Source: Minisyncoccota bacterium (GTDB lineage Bacteria; Patescibacteriota; Minisyncoccia; JBAYJV01). From it: 64,000 bases of DNA. Each line of letters opens with the position of its first letter. The stretch's first letter is position 1. The position numbers and the translations under genes were made by a program. The DNA lies in the NCBI GenBank assembly GCA_041664925.1, contig JBAYJV010000001.1:361183-425182 (forward strand). The letters are read 5' to 3'. The notes beneath the pieces are model-generated. The model was not told the DNA's origin. It did no database searches and saw only the letters and a list, made by a program, of their open reading frames with translations. Below are positions 9,592-18,662 of this stretch, piece after piece.

Positions 9592-10948
9592 TTAGACGAC
9601 TCAATGGAATTCTGTAAACAGGCAATAAACTAGACCTTAAGTCTTTATAAATTAAATAAACTACTGCAAAAATCAGAAAAGTGAGTGCAATAGATTCAAA
9701 AAATACATAAGACAAAAGACCCAGAGAACACCAAAAAAATATGGGCCTATGTAATCCTTTTATAATAAAGAATGGCATCATCCACATCAAATACCATGGA
9801 TGCAAATGAGGCATTACCAAAACATACAGAGCAAGAAAAATATGAATTGAAAAAGTCGCAATACCGTCTGATTCGATTAATCTATTAAAACAAAAGAACC
9901 CAAAGATCAATAAGCCCACAGCTACAATAGCGCAGTGTTGCATATAGTCAAATTTTATTCCTAATAAGTTCCCTATGAAAAATACAGGAGAGGAATAATG
10001 AGACTGAGGGAGTAGTAATTGAACGAATAATCCGTTTGACGAAAACGAACTAGAGCATATACAAAACAAAAAAAACACCAACAAAGCACAGAGAATAAAG
10101 CTGTATATCAATATGGATAATTTTATATTTTTTTGAACGATCTTTTTGAAAAAAAACAACAATGGAAGCCAAAATATATATTTAACTAATCCAGATAATA
10201 ACAAGAAAAAAATAGACAAAGATTGTTTTTTTGTGAAAAGAAAATAACAGCCAATTACTCCAATAAATATCATAACAATATCATTATGACCATTGTTAAT
10301 AAATTCAATCAAGCACAACGGATTCCACGCCATTAAAAAGATAGCTTTTTTGTTAAAATTTTTATTTAGATGATTGATTAATTTATATATAAATAAAATG
10401 GTTAGTGAGTAAAATACAAAATTAACCATTTTAAACAAGAATAAATTAAGCGTGGTATTTGTCGCAGAAACTTTTACTAGCAGGACACTAAGCCAATGAA
10501 ATAATGGTCCGTTTTGCTGAGGAATGGTTTGCCACGACGTATAAGCAGATAATGGATCATTAGGAAAAGATGATGGGGCTACTACATAAGCATTTTCTTT
10601 ATAAATTGTGGCAATACGAGCAGAGAAAATAGAATGATATAGGTCTACCGAATTCATCAAAGGCGTCAATAAAAGTACGACGCAAAACAAAAAATAACCA
10701 ATTAAGATCTGGTTAATGGTTATTTTTCTAATATTTCTGTAGGCGAAATAAAACAACAAAAGTAAAGCACAATAAATAAAACCAATTAAGTAATAGCGAT
10801 AAGAATAATATCCCATTAAGTAACTAAAAACTGGCAATTTTACCTCTTGCAATCTAAGGAAAGCCAAAAAAATGTATAAAAAAAATGTTGCACCAAAAAA
10901 AAGATAAAACTTTTTATAATTTTTTATAGACAACAATAACGATTGCAT
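9578..10948 (-). CDS. polytopic membrane protein (putative membrane glycosyltransferase)
   Basis: 12+ hydrophobic segments, no soluble domain, operon context with GT2. Confidence 0.3.
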   Translation of the reverse strand: MQSLLLSIKNYKKFYLFFGATFFLYIFLAFLRLQEVKLPVFSYLMGYYSYRYYLIGFIYCALLLLFYFAYRNIRKITINQILIGYFLFCVVLLLTPLMNSVDLYHSIFSARIATIYKENAYVVAPSSFPNDPLSAYTSWQTIPQQNGPLFHWLSVLLVKVSATNTTLNLFLFKMVNFVFYSLTILFIYKLINHLNKNFNKKAIFLMAWNPLCLIEFINNGHNDIVMIFIGVIGCYFLFTKKQSLSIFFLLLSGLVKYIFWLPLLFFFKKIVQKNIKLSILIYSFILCALLVFFLFCICSSSFSSNGLFVQLLLPQSHYSSPVFFIGNLLGIKFDYMQHCAIVAVGLLIFGFFCFNRLIESDGIATFSIHIFLALYVLVMPHLHPWYLMWMMPFFIIKGLHRPIFFWCSLGLLSYVFFESIALTFLIFAVVYLIYKDLRSSLLPVYRIPLSRLIGIK

Positions 10949-10959
10949 TATTATAAAAA

Positions 10960-12441
10960 TTACAGTATTTTTCCAATTAAATATTCTACGGGTGCGAAAG
11001 AGTCAGTTAGAATAGGTGTTTCAGAAGGAATAATTATATGATTTTCTAAATTATTAAAATAGGTTTCAAATTCTGTGCCGGAAATACTGTTGAGCATTGC
11101 TGATAAATCGAAATCTTTATTTTTTAAAGAGACAATCATAATATTTTGGACAGTCTTTTGATCTTGAGTTTCAACGGGAAAGACCAAAACATTGGGAAAT
11201 ACCGTTTTTAATGTTTTATATTCTGCTTTGAAAAACTCGCTCTTTTCTCCTGAAAGCGCAGAAATAACATTTGTGATCAAAACTCCATTTTTATTGAGAG
11301 CATTATGCATCTTTTCAACAACTTCTTTTGTTGTTAATTGATGCGGAATGGCGTAAGTTGAACTAAAGGCATCGTTATAAATCACATCATATTTTTCTTG
11401 ATTATTGTTTAGATAAATTCTTCCATCCTCGTGAAATACCCTAAGTCTTTCATCTTCTTTTAAGTCAAAGTAGGTTTTGGCTAGTTTTGTTACTTCAGGA
11501 TCAATCTCTACAACATCAATCTCGCCTTGAGAATGTCTTTTTAAGAAATCTTTTGGCACAGAATAGGCGCCACCACCAATCATAAGAGCTTTTTTGATAT
11601 TAGAATAAAAAAAATCACCGAGACGGTAAAATTTGGTATATTCAAAAACCAATTCATCGGATTGATCGAGGTACATAGCCGAATGAAAATCGCTTCCCAT
11701 TCTCAGAATTCTAATTGGTCGATCTTCTTTATTTCTTGTATCGTAAATTTCTATATGGTTATATGCGCTGTCTTTTTCAACTAGGTATTTTGCATTTAAA
11801 CTTTCTGATAAAAATACAAGCCCAGAGAAAGTCACCAAAAAGAATGCAGATAAAAGAATTGCTCTTTTCAAAGAGTACGCCATTATTGATGTTAAAATAA
11901 GAACTAAACTAATGCCAAAAAGAATATGTTCGAGCTTGAAGTAGGGGATTAACCAAAAACCTGCTAAAAATGTCCCAAAAATACTACCCAAAGTTGAAAG
12001 CGCGTAAAGTGTGCCAGCCGTTTTTCCTGATGTTTGGATATTTTTTATTTTAAGTTTTAGTGCGTAAGGAGAAACCATGCCCAGTAAAATTGAAGGAATC
12101 GCAAAAAGAAAAAAGGCGGCAAAGATTCCGCCCAATTTTATATTCATCAAAGCACCAAATTCTAGAATAGAGTCTTTAAACAAAGGAAGTATTCCAATAA
12201 AGACAGCGCTTGCAAGAATTATGCCAGCAAGATAGTTGGGTTTAGGCTTAAGGTCAGCCAATTTTCCTCCTAGCCAATAACCAAGACTCAGGGCGCCTAA
12301 AATAATCCCTATCAAGCTTGCCCAAATATAAATAGATGTCCCTAGGTAGGGAGCAATAATTCGAGCACCCAAAAGTTCCAAAATCATCACAGATGCTCCG
12401 CAGATAAAAACTATCAGTTCTAGCTTGCTAATCTTTTTCAT
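10960..12441 (-). CDS. spermidine/spermine-synthase-like aminopropyltransferase fused to N-terminal multi-TM domain
   Basis: N-terminal ~200 aa with 6-7 TM helices, then a PABS-like domain: ALMIGGGAYSVPKDF (GGGDG-like), DVVEIDPEV, DVIYNDAF. Confidence 0.55.
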   Translation of the reverse strand: MKKISKLELIVFICGASVMILELLGARIIAPYLGTSIYIWASLIGIILGALSLGYWLGGKLADLKPKPNYLAGIILASAVFIGILPLFKDSILEFGALMNIKLGGIFAAFFLFAIPSILLGMVSPYALKLKIKNIQTSGKTAGTLYALSTLGSIFGTFLAGFWLIPYFKLEHILFGISLVLILTSIMAYSLKRAILLSAFFLVTFSGLVFLSESLNAKYLVEKDSAYNHIEIYDTRNKEDRPIRILRMGSDFHSAMYLDQSDELVFEYTKFYRLGDFFYSNIKKALMIGGGAYSVPKDFLKRHSQGEIDVVEIDPEVTKLAKTYFDLKEDERLRVFHEDGRIYLNNNQEKYDVIYNDAFSSTYAIPHQLTTKEVVEKMHNALNKNGVLITNVISALSGEKSEFFKAEYKTLKTVFPNVLVFPVETQDQKTVQNIMIVSLKNKDFDLSAMLNSISGTEFETYFNNLENHIIIPSETPILTDSFAPVEYLIGKIL

Positions 12442-12444
12442 AAA

Positions 12445-12466
12445 AAAATGCCGGGGACAGGACTTG
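12445..12466. repeat. 22-bp exact direct repeat of the 3' end (plus 4 flanking nt) of tRNA-Leu(TAG); copy at 13146-13167
   Basis: AAAATGCCGGGGACAGGACTTG is identical at both sites, ~700 bp apart. att-site-like arrangement. Confidence 0.7.
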
Positions 12467-12583
12467 CCATAAAGTACATAGACTTCGGGGCAAAAACAAC
12501 CATTTCCAGTTTTAAGCTGGGAATTTTTCTTTTCATTAAAAAATCTGATACACTCTTAACTATTTATCGTAAACTATAACTGA

Positions 12584-13027
12584 TTAGAGTAAATCTTTCA
12601 CTATAATGGCTTCTCTATCTCTTGCTGCTTGACTTGCAATTTCATCAATATTTTTATTTCCAACTCTGGTATTTAACGTTCTATCAACGGCTATGCCAGA
12701 ATACTTTACCCATAATTTTTGTGCAATCTCGGGATTTATCGTTGTTCCGTCTACTTTTCCAAAAAATATCTGTTCTTCGTTTTCTGGGATATAAGATATT
12801 TCAAGATTATGCCCACTAATGTCTCCAGTAAACATACCGCCTTCGTTCGAAGAATTTATTTCTATTTCTATATATCCTTCTTTTCCCATTGCTCTTAAAC
12901 CTTCAATCATCTTTTCGCGCTGTTCTGATAATTCTTTCTGATCATCTCTCATAACTTCTTCGGCTTTAATTTCTTCTAGGGATTTCTCTGATCCGGATTC
13001 TTGTGATTCTCCTTTTAATATACTCAT
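12584..13027 (-). CDS. hypothetical acidic protein (147 aa) lying between the tRNA-Leu 3'-end repeats
   Basis: Clean ORF, no recognisable motifs. Confidence 0.3.
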   Translation of the reverse strand: MSILKGESQESGSEKSLEEIKAEEVMRDDQKELSEQREKMIEGLRAMGKEGYIEIEINSSNEGGMFTGDISGHNLEISYIPENEEQIFFGKVDGTTINPEIAQKLWVKYSGIAVDRTLNTRVGNKNIDEIASQAARDREAIIVKDLL

Positions 13028-13149
13028 ATTTTTATTATTTAATAATTTAAGGTCAAATTAAGACTAAGGTCGACCGATTAAAATATGCGGACGGAGAGAC
13101 TCGCCATGAAGTACTAAAACTTCATGGTAAAAAACTCTTTGTCGCAAAA

Positions 13150-13231
13150 TGCCGGGGACAGGACTTGAACCTGCACGGGTTTCCCCACAAGGTCCTAAAC
13201 CTTGCGTGTCTGCCAGTTTCACCACCCCGGC
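13150..13231 (-). tRNA. tRNA-Leu (anticodon TAG), long variable arm
   Basis: Cloverleaf read by eye. Acceptor GCCGGGG/CCCCGGC+A. Anticodon loop TTTAGGA. T-loop TTCAAGT. Confidence 0.8.
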
Positions 13232-13299
13232 GCATATCTCTTAATATAATCGTTAAGTTTTAAACTGTAAAGCCCTATTATGATTTTACACTTTATTTT

Positions 13300-15075
13300 T
13301 TATTGAGGATTGGTGCTTGTCGGTTGTTCTTGAGGGGCTGAAGGAGTGACTGGAGTTGTTGTCGGAGGAGTTGTTGGGGCGGCTGGAGTCGTTGTTGCTA
13401 CAGGGAAAAGGCTAGGTGATTGGTAATATGACCAAAAGCCTTTCTTTAAAATCTGATTACCGTCTTTATCGTACACTTCTTGCCATAAAACTGTCTTAAA
13501 TGAATCTTCTTCGGCGTTTCTTTCAAAAACAGTTGGTCCTTTAATCTTTACAGTTCTTCCTTCGTCTTTACCATACATCTGAAAAGTTAGTTTATTACCC
13601 ACAATTTCTCTTTGGATTAAAACATATCCAGAAGTGTTATTGATAAACCTTAAATCAGGATGGGGCGGGTAAATAGTCGCATCAAATCCCTGAGGATTAT
13701 AATAACTTACTGGAAAAGAGTGGGGATAGCGCTCCGTGATTTCTAGGCCTGAATTAACAGCAGCCCTAAACATGGTAGTTGATACTTGGCAAATGCCACC
13801 GCCATACTCAGGAATCAATTGATTGTTTTTAATAACTAAACCGGGCAAATATCCTTCTGCGCTGGTAATATCTCCGAGGATAGTATTGAAAGAAAATTCT
13901 TCTTGGGGCTTGATTAAATATTCATCAAATTTTGAAGAACCAACCCGAATATTATTAACACGGCTCAAGGACGAACCAGAATAATCCGAAGTCCCTTCGC
14001 CGATTAGTTTTTCAATTCCCAAATTACCAAGGGTATTTTTGCTAATTTTAGCAGGAGTAGTTTTTGCGATTAAATTAATCTGTGGGACTCCGCCGAAAAT
14101 ATCTTTTTTAATTTGAGAGGCGCTATCTTCTATTAAAAGTTCGATCCCAGGAACACTCTCCTTGTTTATAGTCAAAACACCGTCTTTAAAAATTAGTCTT
14201 GCATCTTGGGGGAGTCGATTAACTTCAGGAACGATATTAAGAAGGTAATTAGCAATCAAAGATTCGTCTAAATCTAAGCCAAGAATTTTATTATTTTTAT
14301 CTAATTGGTCATAAACAGGAACAAATTTGAACCAAGAAGCCAACAAGTCTTTCTCTATAGACCAAGTTTTATTCTCGAAGGATAGAAGATAAGGGGCGCC
14401 GCTTAGTAGTTCAGAGGCTTTTTTCATCGCCAAATCAGTTTCGTCGTCTTTAATTTCGGGAAGTTGGGCGGTAATCATAAGCTTGTAATCGGAAAATGGC
14501 TTTAAATATGACGCTTTTGACTCAACAGCCCTCATTAAATCATTCCAATTTGGCTGTCTTCCTGATTTAGATTGAATTAGTTCAATAGAACTATTTTTAT
14601 AAATGAGCGAAGCATTTTGAGTCTCTTTAATTTCGTCTCCAAAATTAATCTTTGTAAAAATCTTTAATACATTATTATTCCAGCTTATTTTAAGAGGTAA
14701 ATTGTAACCGCCTAAAAGTGCCTTAAACTGCTGAAAAATATTGCGGAAAAATCCATGATTTTTTCCAATCAATGATGCTGTTTTGATGGTACCTTCGTTG
14801 TCGAAAGAGAATCCCAAGGATTCCCATGAAGTAGCAATATTTTTTTCTCTTAGTTTTAGATCTATTTTCTGAGATAACCATTTATTCTCATTTTTTTCCA
14901 GAATTACCTGTGTTTCTTTTGTTGTTTTTCCGCCAACATCAATGCCAGCTATCCTTATTCCAGAAACAAGATGATTTTTATTAAACAAAAAAAGGGCGTT
15001 TACACAAACACCAATAACAAGAAAAACGACCAATAATACTATTGGAAAAATTTTAAACGAAAACTTCTTTTTCAT
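13300..15075 (-). CDS. VanW-family protein with N-terminal membrane anchor and Pro/Thr-rich C-terminal tail
   Basis: YGGGICQVSTTMFRAAVNSG matches the conserved VanW GGG(V/I)CQVS(T/S)T motif. Confidence 0.6.
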   Translation of the reverse strand: MKKKFSFKIFPIVLLVVFLVIGVCVNALFLFNKNHLVSGIRIAGIDVGGKTTKETQVILEKNENKWLSQKIDLKLREKNIATSWESLGFSFDNEGTIKTASLIGKNHGFFRNIFQQFKALLGGYNLPLKISWNNNVLKIFTKINFGDEIKETQNASLIYKNSSIELIQSKSGRQPNWNDLMRAVESKASYLKPFSDYKLMITAQLPEIKDDETDLAMKKASELLSGAPYLLSFENKTWSIEKDLLASWFKFVPVYDQLDKNNKILGLDLDESLIANYLLNIVPEVNRLPQDARLIFKDGVLTINKESVPGIELLIEDSASQIKKDIFGGVPQINLIAKTTPAKISKNTLGNLGIEKLIGEGTSDYSGSSLSRVNNIRVGSSKFDEYLIKPQEEFSFNTILGDITSAEGYLPGLVIKNNQLIPEYGGGICQVSTTMFRAAVNSGLEITERYPHSFPVSYYNPQGFDATIYPPHPDLRFINNTSGYVLIQREIVGNKLTFQMYGKDEGRTVKIKGPTVFERNAEEDSFKTVLWQEVYDKDGNQILKKGFWSYYQSPSLFPVATTTPAAPTTPPTTTPVTPSAPQEQPTSTNPQ

Positions 15076-15087
15076 TATCTAATCTTT

Positions 15088-15591
15088 CTAGACAGTCTTA
15101 ACTTTGATTTTTCTTTGGTTAGATGCCTCCTTCTTAGGTAATTTAACAGTCAGAATGCCATTTTTAAGTTCAGCTTCAATATTTTCTTGATCAACTTCAG
15201 TTGGAAGAATGACGCTTCTAGAAAAACTTCCCCAATAAAGTTCTTGATAGAAATAATCCTCACTACGAACTTTCTCATTAAACTTTCTTTCTCCCTTAAT
15301 GGTGATCATGCCGTTATTAAAGCCAATATCCAGATCGTCGGGATCAACGCCGGCAATTGTAGATTTAATAATGATGTCTTTGTCGGTCTGATAGACATCT
15401 AATGTTAGTTGTCCGTCTTCTCCTGCTTCAGCCAGCCAGCTTTTTTCATCGAGAGGAATGCGTTCCTCCATTGGCGGTAAATTCATGCCAAAATTAACGC
15501 TTCTATTAGCTTCCAGAGAGGAATCCATTGTCGCCTCGTCCTTATTGGAATTTTTCGTAAGTAGATCAAGAAAACTTTTTCTTTTTTTCAT
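15088..15591 (-). CDS. Hsp20/alpha-crystallin family small heat-shock protein
   Basis: GMITIKGERK...GSFSRSVILP...ELKNGILTVKLPK alpha-crystallin domain signature. Confidence 0.8.
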   Translation of the reverse strand: MKKRKSFLDLLTKNSNKDEATMDSSLEANRSVNFGMNLPPMEERIPLDEKSWLAEAGEDGQLTLDVYQTDKDIIIKSTIAGVDPDDLDIGFNNGMITIKGERKFNEKVRSEDYFYQELYWGSFSRSVILPTEVDQENIEAELKNGILTVKLPKKEASNQRKIKVKTV

Positions 15592-15601
15592 GTTTGTATG
15601 A

Positions 15602-16384
15602 TTACTTTTTTAAAGACTGATAATTGAGGCGGCGAAACTCTCTAGTAACAACGAATGACAAGACAATTAAGAATCCTGCCACTAGATAAAGAATCCCTCC
15701 TTCTTTCAGATTATTACTCTCTATTATAAGAAAATTAAAGATACCATGCAAGCCGGTCGCTATTAGTGTTCCCAGTACGACAAAACCAACTCTTAGGGGA
15801 AAACGGCGACGATTTTTTTTCCAAAAAACAGCTTTTGCAAGAAAAAATCCTAGCGTTGCTGAAGAAAGAACATGAATTAAGGTTGCGCCTAAAAACCTAA
15901 CAAATAATAAAACTGACAACGATTTTAAGTTGCTATAATTGGCGCTAATTAAGATGTTTTCCACGGCTGCAAACGCCAATGCAACAATAATCATGTATTC
16001 CATTGCATCGACAGGTTCGTCAAATTCAGGGTTTTTAAAAATCGAAAAACGAACTACAAGATATTTCAAAACTTCCTCCCAAAAAGCATTAATAAAAATT
16101 ATTATAATCGGAATTGTCAAAATGTAAGGAAAATGGTCTTTAATAAAAAAACCTCTTTTAGCAAAATCACTTTCGAGTGATGCAAAGAAAAAAATAATAA
16201 AGGCTGCTACGATTGTGGTTATCATTCCCCAAACAAAAACGCGCATTATCAAGTGATTGGGTTCTGGATGAACATCCTTTCTTAAATAAAATAAAAGCCA
16301 AATGAGGCTGGGTAATAGGGCTAGGGGAATAGCGATAAGAAAAAACATAGTTAATTTTTCAAATAAATCAGAAACCCGAAGCAC
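15602..16384 (-). CDS. PrsW-like intramembrane metalloprotease family protein
   Basis: Polytopic membrane protein with EEVLKY (EExxK), FAAVENI (FxxxE), HVLSS and HGIFNF motifs, in the PrsW-family order. Confidence 0.4.
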   Translation of the reverse strand: MLRVSDLFEKLTMFFLIAIPLALLPSLIWLLFYLRKDVHPEPNHLIMRVFVWGMITTIVAAFIIFFFASLESDFAKRGFFIKDHFPYILTIPIIIIFINAFWEEVLKYLVVRFSIFKNPEFDEPVDAMEYMIIVALAFAAVENILISANYSNLKSLSVLLFVRFLGATLIHVLSSATLGFFLAKAVFWKKNRRRFPLRVGFVVLGTLIATGLHGIFNFLIIESNNLKEGGILYLVAGFLIVLSFVVTREFRRLNYQSLKK

Positions 16385-16500
16385 GAAAACCGAAACAAAT
16401 CATAATTTTCAAAATTCAAAATCTCAAACACTTTGTCATTAAATATTCGAATTTAGATATTGTTTCGAATTTCGGATTTAGAACTTCGAATTTAAACGGT
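16365..16500. repeat. intergenic repeat element copy A (homologous to 31141-31282): AAACCCGAAGCA...CCGAAACAA...TTCAAAA...3x TTCGAATTT
   Basis: Shares multiple 8-12 nt blocks in the same order with copy B. TTCGAA palindromic hexamers at 16446, 16464 and 16485 (spacing 18 and 21 bp). Confidence 0.6.
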
Positions 16501-18624
16501 TGGCCATTTCTCAATCATTATAAATTTTTCCTTGTTTTTAATAGGCAGTGCTTGATAAATTTGTTCGGTGATGAATGGGATGAACGGATGAAGGAGCTTG
16601 ATAGAATCGAAAAGAACGTAAAGTAAAATACTCTGAGTTTTAATTTTTATCTCTTCTGAGGGCGGATTAAAGACTTTGTCCTTTGATTTTTCTATATAAG
16701 TGTCGCAGAAGTCATGCCAGAAAAAATTATAAAGAGTTTCGGTAGCCTTATTAAACCTAAACTTTTCTACATATAAACTTACCGACTTAATAGTGTTTTT
16801 AAGCTGGTCGATAATAGCTTTATCGTCTTCATCTAAATCAGTTTGGACTAATTTTTTTTCAAAATCAGCATCAATCTGCGGAGGATTATTTAATAGAATA
16901 AATCTAGTAGCATTCCATATTTTATTGCAAAATTTTTGACCCATTACAACAGAATCTTCATTAAATCTAATAGATTGGTTTGTGCCGGTAAGCCAAAGAA
17001 GTCCAAAACGAGTAGCATCAGCTCCGTATTTTTCAATAAGATCAAGCGGATCAATACCTGTGCCTAGGGATTTAGACATTCTGCGACCATCTTTTGTGAG
17101 CACAACTGGATGGATATAAACATTTTTAAAAGGTTCTTTTCCCATAAATTCTATGCCAGAAAAAATCATTCGCGTTATCCACAAATAAAGAATTTCAGGG
17201 GCACTTGTCACCAAATCGGTTGGATAAAACTCTCCAAGATCGTCTTGTGGAGTTAAGCATTTTTTGTCATTGGCGATACTTTTGCATTTTTGGGGCCATC
17301 CAAGAATTGCAAAGGGCCAAAGGGCCGAAGAAAACCAAGTATCTAAGACATCTTCAGAGTTTTTTATTGGAAGTTCGTGTCCCCACCAAATCTGGCGAGA
17401 AATACACCAATCACGAATATTTTCTAGCCAGTTAAAATAAGGTTTTTCCCATCTTTTTGGGTAAAACCTAATTTTTCCATCCCTAACAGCTTTAATCGCT
17501 AAAGGCGCGAGCTTGTTCATCTTCAAAAACCACTGAGAAGATGTCAGTGGTTCAATGTAGGCGTTACAGCGATAACAATGAGATACGCTGTGGGTGTGTT
17601 TTTCAATTTTTTCTAGAAGATTTTCTTTTTTGAGTTGTTCAAGAACTTTTTCGCGCGCTTCAATAGTTTTTAAATCTTTAAAATCCTTACCAACCTCTTC
17701 TGTCATTCGTCCAAATTCATTGATAATTTTTACAGAAGAAAGACTGTGACGTTCTGCTATTTCAAAGTCTATCAAAGAATGGGCAGGGGTTACCTTAACA
17801 GCGCCGGTGCCAAAATCTTTATCTATAATTTTATCTGCTATTAAAGGAATTTCTCTTCCGATAATAGGAAGAACCAAGGTTTTGCCAATTAACTTTTTAT
17901 AACGCTTGTCGCTTGGATTGACCGCAACGGCAGTGTCGCCAAGCATTGTTTCTGGTCTGGTTGTGGCTACTACCACATAATTATCAGAGTCTTTTAGGGA
18001 ATATTTAATATACCAGAGATTGCCTTCCTCTTCGCTATATTCAACTTCAAGATCAGATAGGGCAGTAGAACAGCGAGGACACCAGTTAACCAATCTTTGT
18101 CCTTGATATATCCAACCTAGTTTTTGATAATGATCGAAAGCGGTTTTTACAGCTTCTTTATAATTTTCATCCAAAGTAAAACGACTTCGTGTCCAGTCTA
18201 CAGAAATTCCTAGTTTTTTAAATTGACCTAAAATAATATTACCATATTGTTCTTTCCATTCCCAAACCTTGTTAACAAATAACGATCTTCCAAGGTCTTT
18301 CCTTTTTATATTTTCCTTGGCAAGCTTTTTTTCCACGACATTTTGGGTTGCAATTCCCGCGTGATCAGTTCCCGGGACCCAAAGTACGCGAAATCCTTCC
18401 ATGCGTTTTTTTCTTACGATAACATCAACAAGAGCATTTTCTAGGGCATGCCCCATATGAAGATTGCCAGTAATATTTGGGGGAGCCATAACTGCCGTAA
18501 AAGCTTTGCCATTATTATCTTTTCTGGTATTTTCTGGGCTAAAAAAACCTGAGATTTCCCAATCATGGTAAATTTTTTCTTCAGTTTCTTTAGGCTGGTA
18601 CTTTTTGTCGAAAGAAGCATCCAT
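16492..18624 (-). CDS. valS: valyl-tRNA synthetase (short form, lacks the C-terminal coiled-coil extension)
   Basis: PPNITGNLHMGHAL (class I HIGH region, ValRS-type), KMSKS loop, editing domain region. Confidence 0.8.
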   Translation of the reverse strand: MDASFDKKYQPKETEEKIYHDWEISGFFSPENTRKDNNGKAFTAVMAPPNITGNLHMGHALENALVDVIVRKKRMEGFRVLWVPGTDHAGIATQNVVEKKLAKENIKRKDLGRSLFVNKVWEWKEQYGNIILGQFKKLGISVDWTRSRFTLDENYKEAVKTAFDHYQKLGWIYQGQRLVNWCPRCSTALSDLEVEYSEEEGNLWYIKYSLKDSDNYVVVATTRPETMLGDTAVAVNPSDKRYKKLIGKTLVLPIIGREIPLIADKIIDKDFGTGAVKVTPAHSLIDFEIAERHSLSSVKIINEFGRMTEEVGKDFKDLKTIEAREKVLEQLKKENLLEKIEKHTHSVSHCYRCNAYIEPLTSSQWFLKMNKLAPLAIKAVRDGKIRFYPKRWEKPYFNWLENIRDWCISRQIWWGHELPIKNSEDVLDTWFSSALWPFAILGWPQKCKSIANDKKCLTPQDDLGEFYPTDLVTSAPEILYLWITRMIFSGIEFMGKEPFKNVYIHPVVLTKDGRRMSKSLGTGIDPLDLIEKYGADATRFGLLWLTGTNQSIRFNEDSVVMGQKFCNKIWNATRFILLNNPPQIDADFEKKLVQTDLDEDDKAIIDQLKNTIKSVSLYVEKFRFNKATETLYNFFWHDFCDTYIEKSKDKVFNPPSEEIKIKTQSILLYVLFDSIKLLHPFIPFITEQIYQALPIKNKEKFIMIEKWPTV

Positions 18625-18662
18625 AGTAAGTTAAAATTTAACCTGAAATTATTTAATTAAAG

